A DNA stretch of 64,000 nt from Felis catus (lineage: Eukaryota). Below are positions 24,696 through 37,969 of the stretch, piece by piece; within the stretch, counting starts at the first letter, position 1; every line of letters begins with the position of its first letter. Where the stretch lies: positions 96,164,001 through 96,228,000 of the forward strand of contig NC_058368.1 in assembly GCF_018350175.1 (NCBI RefSeq), written 5' to 3'. A program made the translations under genes and the position numbers. The notes below the pieces were generated by a model, which saw only the letters and a list, made by a program, of their open reading frames with translations, had not been told where the DNA came from and made no database searches.

Positions 24696-26054
24696 GCTTT
24701 CAAGGATAAATTTTACTACATTAAAAAAAAAAAAGGAGTCATGGTTCTCTAGAAAAATGTACAACCGCAAGTTATTTTTAGTGCCCTCCTCTAGAGGATT
24801 GATAAGTAATTTAAAGAGGGCAGACTCAGCTTATTATCTCTAAACAAGAGACAAATCTTATGTACTTTTCTAACACACAAAGGGAAAGTGAACTTCCTCG
24901 TGATGTCGCTTCCAACATCGTCTTGGATGAGAGACATTCCAGGCCTATGCTTAAGCCCCTTCAGTTGTGTTAGAACAGTCATAGACCAAAGCAGGAGCTT
25001 TTTGTATGGTATAGATCATAGACTCTTCAAATGAAATGCAAACTATGAAAGCTTGCACCCCACACGCCACCCAGAACCTTCTTATTCCTCATACTTGGAT
25101 GTCTAAAGGAAACTTAAATTGCACTTCACCATCTCTATGAGGATTTTTGGCTTTGCCTTGGCTTTGCTGAATAACTTCAGCAGTGGAATTATACCGTAAA
25201 TCTCGGCTGATTTTTAAATAGCCAAAATGTATTCACTCTATGGCTGCAAACATTTCATGTGGCATGCATTTGATCAAAACTTTAATAAAACGCAAGAAAA
25301 GATATATGTTTCCCATATGGGAAGTTGGAAGTGAAATGGTAATGCTATGGCTCAACAATGCCATGTTTAAATCGTTGTCCCTGGTAAAATTAATCCAGAG
25401 TTCTAGCCCTGGAGAGGAGATCAAAGGGAAAATTAGGGAAACTGGGCCCATCTCTGGCAGAACACCAGCAGCTAAAATGAAAAAGGAATAACTTGTATCA
25501 GACGATCGGGATGTATGAGTACTGAAGATTACTCAAAGGTCCATTCAATAGTTCTTCTTTTAACACAGTTCAAATGGTCTCCGCAGATGCATGCATGTTG
25601 TCCACAGAGCTTTTGGACGTGGTGATAGAGTCTGTCTTGTGGCCTCCCCTGCTCCCTCTGGCTAGCATTAAGCAGTAAGTGTAAGAAGATGTGAAGTAGA
25701 TGCCTGGAAAATACGCTTACCAGCCTCGGGATGGGCTGCCATGCCACTGGATCACCTTCTGCTTCTAAGTAGTGACGTAGAGTCCTTTGTGGTTGGTATT
25801 AGTTTCCTATTGGGTGGGGCTATCCTTGACTCCACATCCAAGATGGGCCATCAGATGCAATTTTTACCATGCTCAATTCCTGTCGATGCAAGGTACTTTT
25901 TAAGTGTTGAGTCATCATGATGTGCAATTATGAACTTATTGGGATAACATGCAGGCAGTGTAACCAGAAGAGGCACACACCTAACACCATTTCTAAGTCT
26001 CAAAATAAAGGGAAGTCAGGTGGGCCCTCTCCTGGTTTATAGCACCCACTTTCT

Positions 26055-26282
26055 TTGTTTTTTTAATAGATTTTTTTTTCATGTTAACTTATTTTTGAGA
26101 GAGAGAGAGACAGAGTATGAGCAGGAGAGGGACAGAGAGAGAGGGAGACACAGAATCTGAAGTGAACTCCAGGTTCTGAGCTGTCAGCACAGAGCCCGAT
26201 GCAGGGTTCGAACCCACAGCCCGTGAGGTCATGACCTGAGTGGAAGTCGGACACCTAACTGACTGAGCCACCCAGGTGCCCC
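26055..26282 (-). mobile_element. SINEC (felid type)
   Basis: Antisense canonical body; TSD GCACCCACTTTCT/GCTCCCACCTTCT. Confidence 0.96.
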
Positions 26283-27069
26283 GCTCCCACCTTCTGTTGT
26301 ATGCGGCACAGGGTAGTTTCAAGCTAAGCCCCTCTCATATGACTCTTCCCTTTGAGAAGTTAGCAGCGAAGCCCCAGCCACAAACCCTGGGTCTCTCTCA
26401 AGCCTAGCTTCCTGGCTTTCTCTACAGTATTTGTCTATGTGTTCCCATTCCAGGGTAGTCAATTGCCCCACCTCCCCCCTTCTCTCTGAACCTCCTATCC
26501 CCATCCCTTCCGTTAGTGTATATCTCCCACCAAATTCTGCCTTCAGACCACTTTTCTTCTCCCTTCTGGTGCCTCATCACTCATCCCACCTGTTATGTCA
26601 ATAACTATGCCTTTTACTTGTAAGGGCCCATGGGCCATGTCTCCATGAACCATCTCAAATCTGACCTGGTCTACAGCTAAGCCTCCACTTTCTTCTTATA
26701 TATGCTATTCTGCTTTTGCTCCCCATAATCCTTGGAGAGACCGGGACACAAACTACTGGTTCTTAGAGTCCTTCCTACAGCAGTTCTCCATTACAAACCG
26801 AATGTTAAGTTTTGTAAGGTAGGAAGGAAGGAGAACTTACTTCCTTAGTGTATTTTACACATACCCCTTTATTTTCTCCTACTGCTAATAACGATCTAAT
26901 TAAGAACTGTCTTCTCTCCATTGGGACCAATATCAGTAAGAGGATGTTTTGTACTACAATTCCTTATTCGAATTCATTGTGTGCAATAGTGAGGCAAATA
27001 TGGTTAAAGCACACCTCTGATTAAAAGGTCCCTAATCACATAAATTTTAGTTGTTTTCAAATAATTCTT

Positions 27070-27292
27070 TAAAATTTTTTTTTACATGTATTGATTTTTG
27101 GGAGACAGAGAGAGACAGAGCACAAGTGGGGGAGGGGCAGAGAAGGAATGAGACACAGAATCCGAAGCGGGCTCCAGGCCCTGAGCTGTCAGCACAGACA
27201 GAGCCTGACACGGGGCTCGAACTCACAACCCATGAGAGCATGACCTGAACTGAAGTCGGACGCCTAACCGACTGAGCCACCCAGGAGCCCCC
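27070..27292 (-). mobile_element. SINEC (felid type)
   Basis: Antisense body; TSD CAAATAATTCTT at 27058-27069 and 27293-27304. Confidence 0.97.
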
Positions 27293-29394
27293 CAAATAAT
27301 TCTTGAGTAAGTAAAATGTAGGAAACGTGAGGAAGATTAATTCCAAAGCAGAGGGCATTGGGTTAGATAAGAAGAAGAGTGGAGGAAGTCTTAAAGAGTA
27401 ATAGCAAATATTTTCCCTAAATAAACAGGAGGACTCTGGATCTGTGGTCAGGTATGACCAAAGGTATCATGCTATCTTTATGATGTGTAAAGAATCATAA
27501 TGTCCTTGTCTAGATCATTACTGTCCTGTACAACTTCCTTCCTTGAATTCTCAATATCATTCTATAGATGCACATTTATACCATTAACATACTGCTCAAC
27601 GATGTATTGTGGGATTTGATCAATTTCATGATTGTTGACATAGGTCTGGGAAAACGAGTGAGGAGCCTGTGGCCTGATAAGGCTTAGGGTAGCCTCTGAA
27701 AGGCTGAGAAGCTTCTGTCTTGGGCTGAGTCATAAGGAAGGCTCTTCTGATACATTTCTAAACATCACCAGATCTCTTTTGTGTCAGTAATTAGTGACTA
27801 TCTAGAAAGGAAAGTACTACTTTTAAGGGTTAACAGCCCTTCCCAATCCGTATCAACCAGATTTATTTCTGAAGAAACACTTCGATGCCCCCAAAGCTCT
27901 AGAACAAAATTACAGCTTCTTTCTGAAAGATCTCCTTACAGCTAACAGTAAAAATTACAAATAATTTTTCAAATCCAGAGAAAATTCCATTTTCCATTGA
28001 GCCTTTCTAAGCCATTAGAAAAGTGTGGTCCTGTACATTTTATAGCATTTTGTCTGAACCTGAGTTAAAATTTATTCTATTATGTCAGGTGTCGAAGTTA
28101 CCTACTTTTTTTTTAACACATTCTGTATTCATTGATGGATACAATGGAACTTCTGTGTTTTCTTGGGAAGAACATAAAGTACGGAATTAGAAGGATTGAG
28201 TTTGAGAAACATCTCTGGCATGTATGAGTTCTGATGGGCTTTGAGTGCAGCCTGTTACTTTTCAGAGATCCACTTTTGCCAACTGCAAAGAACAGTAATA
28301 ACGATCTTTCCTCAAACACGTGGTTGCAATATCTTTGCTGATCTCTATGCAAGTAGTTGGCAAATGAGAATGTGTTCTGTGAATATTACTTACTAAGCAC
28401 ATTGCACAGCACATCCGACCAGTTATCTTTTACAGATGAGGTCCTCAGTAAATGCTTGCAGAATCAAATTGAATTTCAACCCTCCAAGGTGAAGTGAGAA
28501 ATGTTTATTCAAACAAAATTTAGAAAATATACTTTATATCCAAAGATGGCTTTTATAGATAAATGATTCCCCAAGAGAATCCAAACTGATGGGAGATTGT
28601 ATTAGCAGTAGCTCAGTATCTGGAACGTTCTGGTTTGAACTCCAGTCTATCTTCATCATTTTTATTGGGCGTTAGCAAGAAAATAGAACAGAGTCAGTTT
28701 TGATAGTATCGCCTTTGGCTCCAAAAGACAGAAAGTTCATGTTTATAAGAGAGAGACAGATAGAAAGTGAATGGGAAAAGATAAATTCACCCCTGCGGAG
28801 AGAGACAAAGAATATGTATCTCCACCCTAATGACTACTATAATTGCGCTTGCCTGCTTTCACATGAGTGGGGCGGGTGAACATCCAGAGTAACAAGGAGA
28901 AATACTGATTTTGATAAGAAGGAGCAACGTTTTCTGAAATCTGATCAGACCAAGTCAGACCTTAAGTTGGAGGTGAAGAAACAAGGTTGGTTTGGATACT
29001 AGATATTCCACACTTCATTTTTATGAGGACCAATAGGATACATGTTCTCTTGTCCCCCCTCTCCAGTAGAGAAACCTGAAACACAGAGAAGGCTTTCTCA
29101 TTGATGCCTAGGGGGAAATTTTTAACAGGGCCCCATGTGATGTTGCATCTTTGTCTAGGAGAGAAGCATGCATGGCGGGGGGGGGGGGGATATTCTCTAC
29201 AGAAACCACTGTCTCAACCACATCAGTGACATTTATCTCTCAGGCCTGGGAGGCAACACCCTGGTCACAGACATCAGTGTTCACATGGAGAGGCCAACCG
29301 TAGTCTCCTTGGAGACCTTAGGGCTTTTCAGGAAGCGGTCCTTAGGGACTTAGGAAGAGAGAGCCTGAGACCCTGGGAAAAAATAGCACAGTCC

Positions 29395-29810
29395 TAATAA
29401 CAGTAATAACAGCGCCTAGCATTTTCTGAATGCTCACTATGTGCCAGGCAATATCTCCCATTTTTTTAAGTTTATTTATTTCTTTTGAGAGAGAGAGAGC
29501 ACGTGAGGGAGGGGTGGAGAGAGAGAGAATCCCAAGCAGGCTCCCCACAGTCAGACGTGGGGCTCATGCTCACAAACTGTGAGATCAGGACCTGAGCCAG
29601 GATCAAGAGTCAGGCGCGTAACCGATTGAGCCCCCTTGGGGCCCCCAATAATATCACTGTTCCCTCACTGAATTCTCACAACACCCCCATGAGGCAGGCG
29701 TTCTTATTATCCCAATATTACAGTTCCAGAAATGGAGGCCGAAATTAAATACTTTGTCCATGGTTATGTAAATGATGTCAGTCGATTCCAAAAGTTTGCT
29801 CTTAACCATT
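29395..29810 (-). mobile_element. MIR split by a SINEC insertion
   Basis: TGAATGCTCACTATGTGCCAGGCA before the SINE; AATTCTCACAACACCCCCATGAGGCAGG...ATTATCCC...GCTCTTAACCA after it. Confidence 0.8.
29461..29646 (-). mobile_element. SINEC
   Basis: T tail, GAGAATCCCAAGCAGGCTCC, reverse tRNA head. Confidence 0.94.
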
Positions 29811-30106
29811 CAAAACAATGCCTTCTTGCTGCCTTAACTTCATGAGATAACTGAAGCTGGCAAAGTGTTGATGGATGGGCGTGCCAGATAATACACCTGG
29901 AAGTGCCTGTAAGCAATCTGATAAGCTTGAGACAGATCTATGTGAACGGGTAGGGAGGTAAGTCCTAATGGACTTTTCACTGCTCACAACCCAAGTTTTC
30001 CCAGCCTTTGCTAGCCCAGAAGTGCAAATGCTCATGAGGCTCATGTTCCTCTCAGAAAATTTTCCTTAATTTTCTGCGATCCGGAGATAGAAGGACAAAT
30101 ATTTCT

Positions 30107-30313
30107 TTTGTGTTTTAGGTTTATGTATTTATTTTCAGATAGAGAGCATGAGCAGGGTAAGGGCAGAGAGAGAGGAAGAGAGAGAATCCCAAGCAGGCTC
30201 TGTGCTCTCAGCAAGGAGCCCAGTGCAGGACTTGAACTCATGAACTGTGAGGTCATGACCCGAGCCGAAATCGAGAATCCTACACTTAACCGGCTGAGCC
30301 ACCCAGGTGCCCC
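30107..30313 (-). mobile_element. SINEC
   Basis: Perfect 18-bp TSD AGAAGGACAAATATTTCT at 30089-30106 and 30314-30331. Confidence 0.97.
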
Positions 30314-30640
30314 AGAAGGACAAATATTTCTATGTCATTATTTCATTCCAATTTCTTTGTCAGTATCTCATCAAAGCGTCTATCCTGACTGCAAATCTTT
30401 CGGTTTCATCTTGGCCTGATTTCTTTTCCTCTGCCCTTCTGTACTGGGTGTGGACAAGTGTATGCTCCAAACAGGTATCAGAGACAAAGGAAGGACAGGA
30501 TAAATAAGGAAGCCGGAGAAGAAAGGCTGACTTTATAGACTCTGTCCTTGTAATGTTCTGGGACTCCTTACTGATGGGAAGTGTATACAATGAAGTCTGG
30601 GTTGTCTTTTGATGGCCCCAGCTTGTCAGAACATTGTTCC

Positions 30641-30689
30641 TTTTTTATTTTTTTTTTAAATCTAATGTTTATTTTTGAGAGAGAGAGAC

Positions 30690-30720
<31 letters not shown>

Positions 30721-30802
30721 CAGAGCGAGTGGGGGAGGGGCAGAGAGAGAGGGAGACACAGAATCTGAAGCAGGCTCCAGGCTCTGAGCTGTCAGCACAG
30801 CC
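30641..30802 (-). mobile_element. 5'-truncated SINEC lacking the tRNA head
   Basis: Tail and body intact up to GCTGTCAGCACAG, then unrelated sequence. Confidence 0.93.
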
Positions 30803-31169
30803 GCATATCGTTCTTTATCCATGAGTTTTCTCTGCCCCTGAATGGATGAAGTAGCCCTCTGATTTGTGAAAACTGCTTCCCGATCCTTCCTTTCAAATGA
30901 ATAATGGTTGAAAGCAGTCCTTCTTAAACTGAACCTCTTTATGTCGTGGGCCATGTCGGCAGATGCCCAGTGATGCCTCTGGAACCCCTTCTTGGAATGG
31001 TGTTTGCAAATACATAAAATATTCTTCAAAACGTGTGAAGAGAATGTATTAAGAGAATACTATAAAATAATGATTATAAAATTATGTGTAAGAAAAGTAT
31101 GTTAATAATATTAACATAAAGTATGTTAAAATAGCATAATGGACATCATGGACTTTGAAATATAGTTAT

Positions 31170-31509
31170 AAAATTTTTAAACACATTGGTAATATGTGTC
31201 CTTTAATTAGCCCACAAATGTTCTGGCAACAAGTCTAGTAATTACTGTAATTTCTGGATAATGGTGAAGGTAAACCGCATTTTGCCATTTTTGCAACAAC
31301 CGTAGATAGTAGAAAACACCTGTGCTTTTCTATTGGTGACAAAGTCACCACGGCTGCTAATATCACTACATGTCATGTACATTAGCCATGGAAAATAATA
31401 CTAAATTTCAGTTGGCGATTAGTGAAAATAAAGATGTACTGTTTCTCCATCCTTGATTTCCCTTCATAGATGCCTTGGGGATTCTTTGGACTCAAGGTTG
31501 AGAACACTG
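31170..31509 (+). mobile_element. hAT-Charlie DNA transposon remnant (Charlie7/MER113-like)
   Basis: TTCTATTGGTGACAAAGTCAC...CTGCTAATA...CTAAATTTCAGTTGGCGATTAGTGAAAATAAAGATGTA...CAAGGTTGAGAACACTG terminus; strand assignment tentative. Confidence 0.7.
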
Positions 31510-31673
31510 AATTAAATGGTGTCCTATAGGTTCTACTGCAGATTTTTAAGCTTATGAATGACAAACTGCTGAATTTTAAATATCGGTTATTAGGTGGGAG
31601 ATGTTGGAGCCAGCCATTGGTTTCTTCACATTCCTAGGGTACAGGCTACACCCATGTGCATTCCTGAGACTCC

Positions 31674-31714
31674 TTTTTTTTCTTTCTTTCTTTCTTTCTT
31701 TCTTTCTTTTTTTT
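31674..31714. repeat. (TTTC)n microsatellite
   Basis: Directly visible. Confidence 0.92.
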
Positions 31715-32448
31715 TGTTGCCATTAGCCATCAAAGCAGCAGAAAATTGCTACTTGCATAGGATAACGCATGGAAAAATTTTGTTATTTAGATTCACATCC
31801 CGTTGTGTATCTAGTTAGGAGCCAAGAAGCCAAAGAAAGAAGTCACAGTCCCAGTAATTTTGAATTAGAGAAAGAATATCTTTAAAACATTAAAAAAGGG
31901 AAAATTGCTCCTTTATATTAAGTGCTAAAGTGGCCCAAGAGGCAGTAAGAATATTTGAAGTCTTTTTTTCCTTTTTTTGGTTCTTTGGGGGGCTGGTTCT
32001 TAGACAATGGCGAGAATGGGGATGTGTATCAGTACCGTGCCTGTGCTATAGCTGGAAGTGGAGTGAAAAAAAGAAAGCTGAGATGCGAAGACACAGCAAG
32101 ACAGCAGCAGATGTATGTGTGTGTCCATGTATACTCCTGTTTATGCGAAGCCTTTGCCCACTGCCAAAGCCTCTGGGTGCATTTGCATAATGAAAAACAG
32201 TAACATAATCAGCAAGCTGGAAAAACAGCAGTAACTAGACGAGGGCCCCACACTTAGTCTTCTGAACATTCTTGAGCAAATGCAGGTTTCTGGTGAACTC
32301 CATCAGTCACGACAGCCTGAGCTGATTATTGGGACCTCTCCAGCGCCCTGATAGTCAACGCTCTCTGCTTTTTGAATCAGCATGGATATGGTTCTTCATA
32401 CTGTGGGAGCTTTGACTAGGAATGTCCTTTCCCATACAGAACTTTCCT

Positions 32449-32661
32449 GGGGCACCTGGGTGGCTCAGTCAGTTAAGCGTCCGACTTTGCCTCAGGTCAC
32501 GGTCCCAGGGTTTGTGAGTTCGAGCCTCGCATCGGGCTCTTTGCTCTCAGCGCGTGGAGCCTTCTTGGGATCCTCTGTCTTCTCCTCTCTCTCTCTGCCC
32601 TCCCTGTTTGCTCTCTCTCTCTGTCTCTCTCTGTCAAAAATAAACATTTAAAAAATAAAAT
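32449..32661 (+). mobile_element. SINEC
   Basis: Canonical head with GTTCGAGCC B box, (CT)n, A tail; short TSD AACTTT(C/T)CT. Confidence 0.96.
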
Positions 32662-33798
32662 AACTTTTCTCTAGTGATCTCTAAATTCAGCAGAGCTCTT
32701 AAGAAAATAAGTGGCTTCTTTGGTGGGAGAATAAAACAATCCTTGCGTGTTGCTACTGGAAACACTCGGGGGATGCGGCTGTCCAGGAATGGAACAGTTT
32801 GTGAGGCGTCCAGGACAGGAGGAATTTCAAAGAACCAGCTGCTGGCATCTACAGCTGGAGCCAGCCAGCCCCTCCTCCTGCCCTCTCCCTCCCCTCCCCC
32901 TCTCTGTCTCTGCAACCTCTGGAAGGTTCACTCCTGCTCACTCCACAGTGAGGCTCTAGTGAAGCTTATTTCTACCTGAAATGCTCTGCGCCTTCTTAAA
33001 ATGTAGACATGGTTCCCAGTCAGGTTCAAAGTTTTCATTGTCTTGGTTTGTTTCTTGGGCTTTCTTGAAGCAGTGCGGACAGAATTCTCAAAGAATTGTT
33101 GATGGACGACAGGTCAAGAGGACCAAGTCTCTTCCCCATAGGTTCCCACTTACACACTCCTAAGGGAAAGATGCATGTCCTGTAGGGTGAACAGGGCTCT
33201 GAGACAGTAGTGACTTACTGGCTCTCAGAATGGGAACGGGGCTGATCTTCTGTCCACGTGTATTGTAGACACAAATCAGAATGCATGTGTTCTTGCCACA
33301 AAGATACATCCTGTTGCTTCTGCTTTCTCTATGCAAAACAGAGTCTGGAACCTGGCTGAGTCAGAGAACAAGAATCCTTAGATGCAAAATAATTAGCCTT
33401 GTGAAGTTCCATCTTCATAAATTAGCATGCAAAGGATAGAGATGTTCAGCCTCCGTGGATTGGATGGCTCCCTTTTAGTGAAAACTATTAATTGCCCCAG
33501 AAGTATGGTGTGGTGTTGAAAGGGACATTTTCCCCAATGGAGACTGATGATTTGGAAACATTCATTGGCTTTGAGCTTTAAGTTTTCTTTTGCCCTGCTT
33601 GCGCTTCTCTGGAGAACGTCACATGTGCTAAGGCATGGTGACATCATACATCAACAGTGCAATATGCGGATTGGATAAACCTGTGGATGGACATAGGGTG
33701 AGATGGAGCTCAAAATACACCTAAAGATAGAAAGGTCACTTCTCTCCTGCAGTTTTCCTATAGGGATTGTTATTCTCACTTTCACTCCAGTTTCATCG

Positions 33799-33850
33799 TT
33801 TTTTGTTTTTGTTTTTGTTTTTGTTTGTTTTGTTTGTTTGTTTGTTTGTT
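33799..33850. repeat. (TTTTTG)n/(TTTG)n simple repeat
   Basis: Directly visible. Confidence 0.92.
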
Positions 33851-33999
33851 CTTTTCCTGCACCACCTTGCAGAAAGGAAGACATTCCCCTATGGAATGCA
33901 CGCAGCTCATATCCACAATCTTCAGGCTGTTCACTGTCAAGTTCAGCTTCAACTCACATTGCCCCATCCCCCGGTATTTTCTCCTTTCACCATTTATAC

Positions 34000-34133
34000 A
34001 CAGGCCTCCAACTCCCATTAGATTTTAAGCTCCTGGGAGAGCCAAATCGTATTTTTATTCCTTCTTCTGTAGCTTCCAACTTTGCGTGAACACAGCATTT
34101 TGTAATCACTAATCTTTAAATAAACACTTGTTG
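34000..34133 (+). mobile_element. L2 3' end fragment
   Basis: CCCATTAGATTTTAAGCTCCTGGGAG...AATAAACACTTGTTG. Confidence 0.6.
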
Positions 34134-35083
34134 GGGACAGAACCAGAGGACATTATCGTCAAAAGGGAGCTACGTGACACGGTCGCCGACTGTAAACATA
34201 TTAATCTCTTTATCTTAATAATATAATTATGTTACGCTTATTAAAATTACATAACATACATCAGATCTGTAATTTTAATGATATCCTCGTGACAAGTTAA
34301 AAAGGAGACTATCCAAAGAACGAACGTTAACCACATTCAATAAATGCTGATTTATGTGAGCGTGGCAAGGATTTTGACCCTGGTGTGTTTGAGAAGCAAC
34401 AGTATAAGGAAAGCAAGGGGTCCGTGACTAACTAACAAGTATTTATTACTTTCAGCGCATTTGAGTGGAGAAAACAAAATGCGGAAGGCAGTTTCAGGGC
34501 AAGGAATAGATCCTAGGGCCCTTTTCAAATGATGCTGGGAGTTTGAGCCTGTACATAGTCTAAATTTTGATGTTCTCATCTTTAAAAATCAGGTGATTGG
34601 AATAGATGGCATGGTCTGTCCTGGGCCCCTAAGAGCATACATACGAACCTAATGAACGTATTTAAAGATGGTATTTAGAGACCAGCTACATTGTTGTTTT
34701 GTCTTTTAAGTAACTACTCTTTGTTCACTCTCAGTTTATACAACATGGCTCTAATCCAATTTGCTGCCAACCACAATATGATCCGTCTTTTTATTATATA
34801 GCCCAGAATGTGAGGATAAGCTGATTTGGGGCTCTGGAAAGTCAGGTCTTGGAATGGTATAGCTCCCCTGGTAGTAATTCAGGCACGTTTCGATGTCCTT
34901 CCAGAGTATGTGATTGCAGGGGCTTTATATGTTTTTTCTTACCTGCAGAAATTAGAGTTTTAGATAGTATTCTTCTCCTTGTAAGTAACACATTCTTTAT
35001 AACTATTTTGTGCTTCCATATGTTACTCTTGATGCTTTCTTTCTAAGAGGGACTTGCTGAGCCCGTGCAGCCTTGTTTCATCC

Positions 35084-35131
35084 AAAAACAACAACAACAA
35101 TAACAACACAACAACAACAACAACAAAAACA
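35084..35131. repeat. (AAC)n microsatellite
   Basis: Directly visible. Confidence 0.9.
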
Positions 35132-36320
35132 GATTTATATTGCTTCCATGAGCTCTAAAGTAGTACATTTTCTCTAAATAAGACTTGTGGTAGACATATT
35201 GAATTATAGACTCAAAGTACATATTTATAGAGCTACCGTGTTACTAGAAGCTCATGCCAAATGCATTTGATGCTAACTAATACAATATTCCCCATTTGGT
35301 ACAACCTCGCCAGCATATATTTCTACCCGATCCTAATGTGGATATTTGCCGCTTTCCTTTATATATAACTTTCAGAAAATGAGAGTTTTTGAATGAAATT
35401 ACTTGTATGTGTTTCTTAAGTCTTTTCTTTTTCTCTGACTTTACCTTCCCTAACCATCCACTGTGTGGGATCTATTATTATGAACAATTAGAAAAAGATT
35501 CCCTCTTGTTACCAGGTCTGTTTAAACTTAAAAGGAACGGACAATTTTACTTTGTCCCATGCATGAAACTACATGAATTTTAACAGTCTAATATGAAATG
35601 TGATTGCTCTAGCAACGCTTGAAACTGGCCTCTGAGGAATGGTATTTGAAGATCTCAGTGGGACATTAATTCAGCCGAAATTATTGTATCTCTCAGGTTA
35701 ACCCCCCCACTTCCCAGTTTTTCTTTAGTGACATAGTATGACACCATGGATGTGTGTTCACAATCAAATTTACCGTCCTAAGCAGATGACACAGCCCATC
35801 TTTTATTCACCTGGGTCAGCCGGCCTGAGCTAAGCAAAATGCCTTATTAGATGAAACGTTCCCAGTTACTCTGTGGATTAATCCAAATCTGTTTATCTGA
35901 ACCTGCAGCTGGCAATGTAAACCCTTCTCTGAGTTCATTGCTAACATTCAAAAGAAGAAGGTCACATTCCTGAAGGGGGATGAAGAGAAGAAAAAGAATA
36001 AGCAGTTCATTTCTTTTAGACCAGTGAGGCATGCTTTTGTACAGCCTGCAAAACAGTCACCTGGAGACCTTGTACCCTAAAAGGAGATCGGGAGTCATCC
36101 TAAGCAATCTGTGACAATCAACAAAGCACTAGGGGACCATTTGCAAATACTTCCTTGAGTATCCAAAACATCACTTTTACCTTAAAACTTACGGACCAGC
36201 AACTCAGGACACCCAGATAGGTTTGTTTTTTTTCAAATTCACATAATTGTCTTAATTTTTCATTTCACTTTGGCAACCAATGCATAGTCATAAGGAGAAC
36301 ACATATTTACTTAGCTTCCT

Positions 36321-36503
36321 CTTTTTAAGTTTATTTATTGATTTTTAGAAAGAGAGACAGAGAGAGAGAGAGGTCGAATTCCAAGCAGGCTCTGCACTCA
36401 GCATGGAGCCCAGCGCAGGGCTCAAGCTCATCAACTGTGAGATCATGACTTGAGCTGAAATCAAGAGTCTATTGCTTAACTAACTGAGCCACCCAGGTGC
36501 CCC
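36321..36503 (-). mobile_element. SINEC inserted in a MIR
   Basis: Antisense body; TSD TATTTACTTAGCTTC/TATTTATTTAGTTTC. Confidence 0.96.
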
Positions 36504-36735
36504 TATTTATTTAGTTTCTGCCATGAACCAACCAGAGCTTTAGGCATAATTATGTAATTTTCTTAGTGAATCTCCTTAATAATCATATTAATAAACTTGT
36601 TATCCCTTTCATCTAAGTGAGGAAATAGAGACTCAAGGAAATTAAGTAATTTTTCCCAAGGTCACAGAACGAATAGCTATAGAAAATGGGATTTCATTAT
36701 AGTCTAGCATGGCTCTAAGGTCCATGTTCTCTGTA
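36504..36735 (-). mobile_element. MIR
   Basis: GTGAGGAAATAGAGACTCAAGGAAATTAAGTAATTTTTCCCAAGGTCACAG core. Confidence 0.8.
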
Positions 36736-36756
36736 CATATGACAGTTCTCGAAATA

Positions 36757-36834
36757 CTAGATTGAGTCATATGAAATTGCCGTTTTTATTGGTCATCACC
36801 AATAGAACATAGGCAACTAAATGATTCAACCTAA
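36757..36834. mobile_element. MADE2-like mariner MITE
   Basis: ~80 bp with terminal inverted repeats CTAGATTGAGTCATATGAAATTGCC and GGCAACTAAATGATTCAACCTAA, preceded by TA. Confidence 0.85.
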
Positions 36835-37000
36835 TTTATTTGAAATTGTTGGGGTTTAGATGATGTCTAGAACAGGTTGCTTGGCAACGGGGGGGGGGGC
36901 TCTGAGTTTGAAGGACCACAAAACCCCAATAAGTAGCTTTGGAAAAGTTTGGAGATGATATTTAGTATAATGACCTATAGACTTTTGACAGGGAGTAGAT

Positions 37001-37155
37001 CAGTGCTTCCCAAACTTTTGTGTGTACAGTCATCCAGGGATCGTGTTAGTATGCGGAGTCTGACTACGTCAGTCTGGCACACTGCCTTGAATTCTACATT
37101 TCCAACAAGCTTCCAAGCGATGTCAGTGTTGCTGGTCTGAGAACGTGAGACACCT
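37001..37155. mobile_element. MER5A/MER5A1-like hAT-Charlie MITE
   Basis: CAGTGCTTCCCAAACTTT...CAGGGATCGTGTTA...ATTCTACATTTCCAACAAGCTTCCAAGCGATG...GCTGGTCTG. Confidence 0.82.
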
Positions 37156-37529
37156 CTTCTTTAAAAGGCGCATCCACTCTTCAAGAATTGTCTGGCACTT
37201 ACGGCAATTGTTACTAGCCTAGAAAATGACTGAGTGTCGTAACTGCTAGGCTTTGCTCTGCCGAGTGCAGAAATGGGAACTCCACAGGGCTGGGGGCAAG
37301 GATCCCTGGACTCTGCAGGAAACACCATGGCACATGATGTGGGCTCTGTTCTCTTTCTCGCTCAGTTCAGCCTCTTCCACCCCTAAACACATAGCAAATA
37401 TTTAGAGAACTTACTCCTTCATCCTAGATAGACATCACCAGCTCTGCAATAGATTATACTAGTTATAAGCAGTGAGAAAAAATAATTTCAAGAAATTCCT
37501 ATTATGGCTAACCTAGGAAGACCATTTTG

Positions 37530-37969
37530 TTTTCTAGGCCTGGAAGTTGGTGCCATTTCCCCCTAAATTCCTTGTTACGATCTGAGTAGTTCTTTCTTCA
37601 GGGCATTGGCATCTTCCTCTCTCTTAGCGTACACGACCATAAATATCCATGGGTACTTTGAACGTTCAGTTTGGAGATTTCCTCAGCTAAAACCCCAGAG
37701 TTGATTAGGTATACTTTCTGTCTTCCAAGTGATCACAGGTGACGTTTGCCAATTGTTTTGTTACTGTAGGGCACGGGCTGTTATTTTTCCACTCTGTTCT
37801 AGAAATTTCCATGCTATTTTTCCAGATTTTACTAAGGCTTTGTTTGCTACCCATTGTTCTATCTAGAGTTTACTAACCGATCGTGCAGCCTCTTCCTGCT
37901 TCCTGGTCCCAAGTCTGATACCACATGGTGTTTTTGTTTACCAGCACCGTGCTTCTAGGTATCAGTTTC
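37530..37969 (-). mobile_element. MLT1 internal (MaLR-int) 5' segment attached to its LTR
   Basis: Reverse strand next to the LTR reads GAAACTGATACCTAGAAGCACGGTGCTGGTAAACAAAAACACCATGTGG, like the recalled MLT1-int start. Confidence 0.6.

Noticed and set aside
30568..31029. 153-aa ORF and similar ORFs with AQSLEPASDSVSPSLS or WVAQSV peptides
   Set aside because: Read-through of SINE sequence; these peptides recur wherever a SINE lies.
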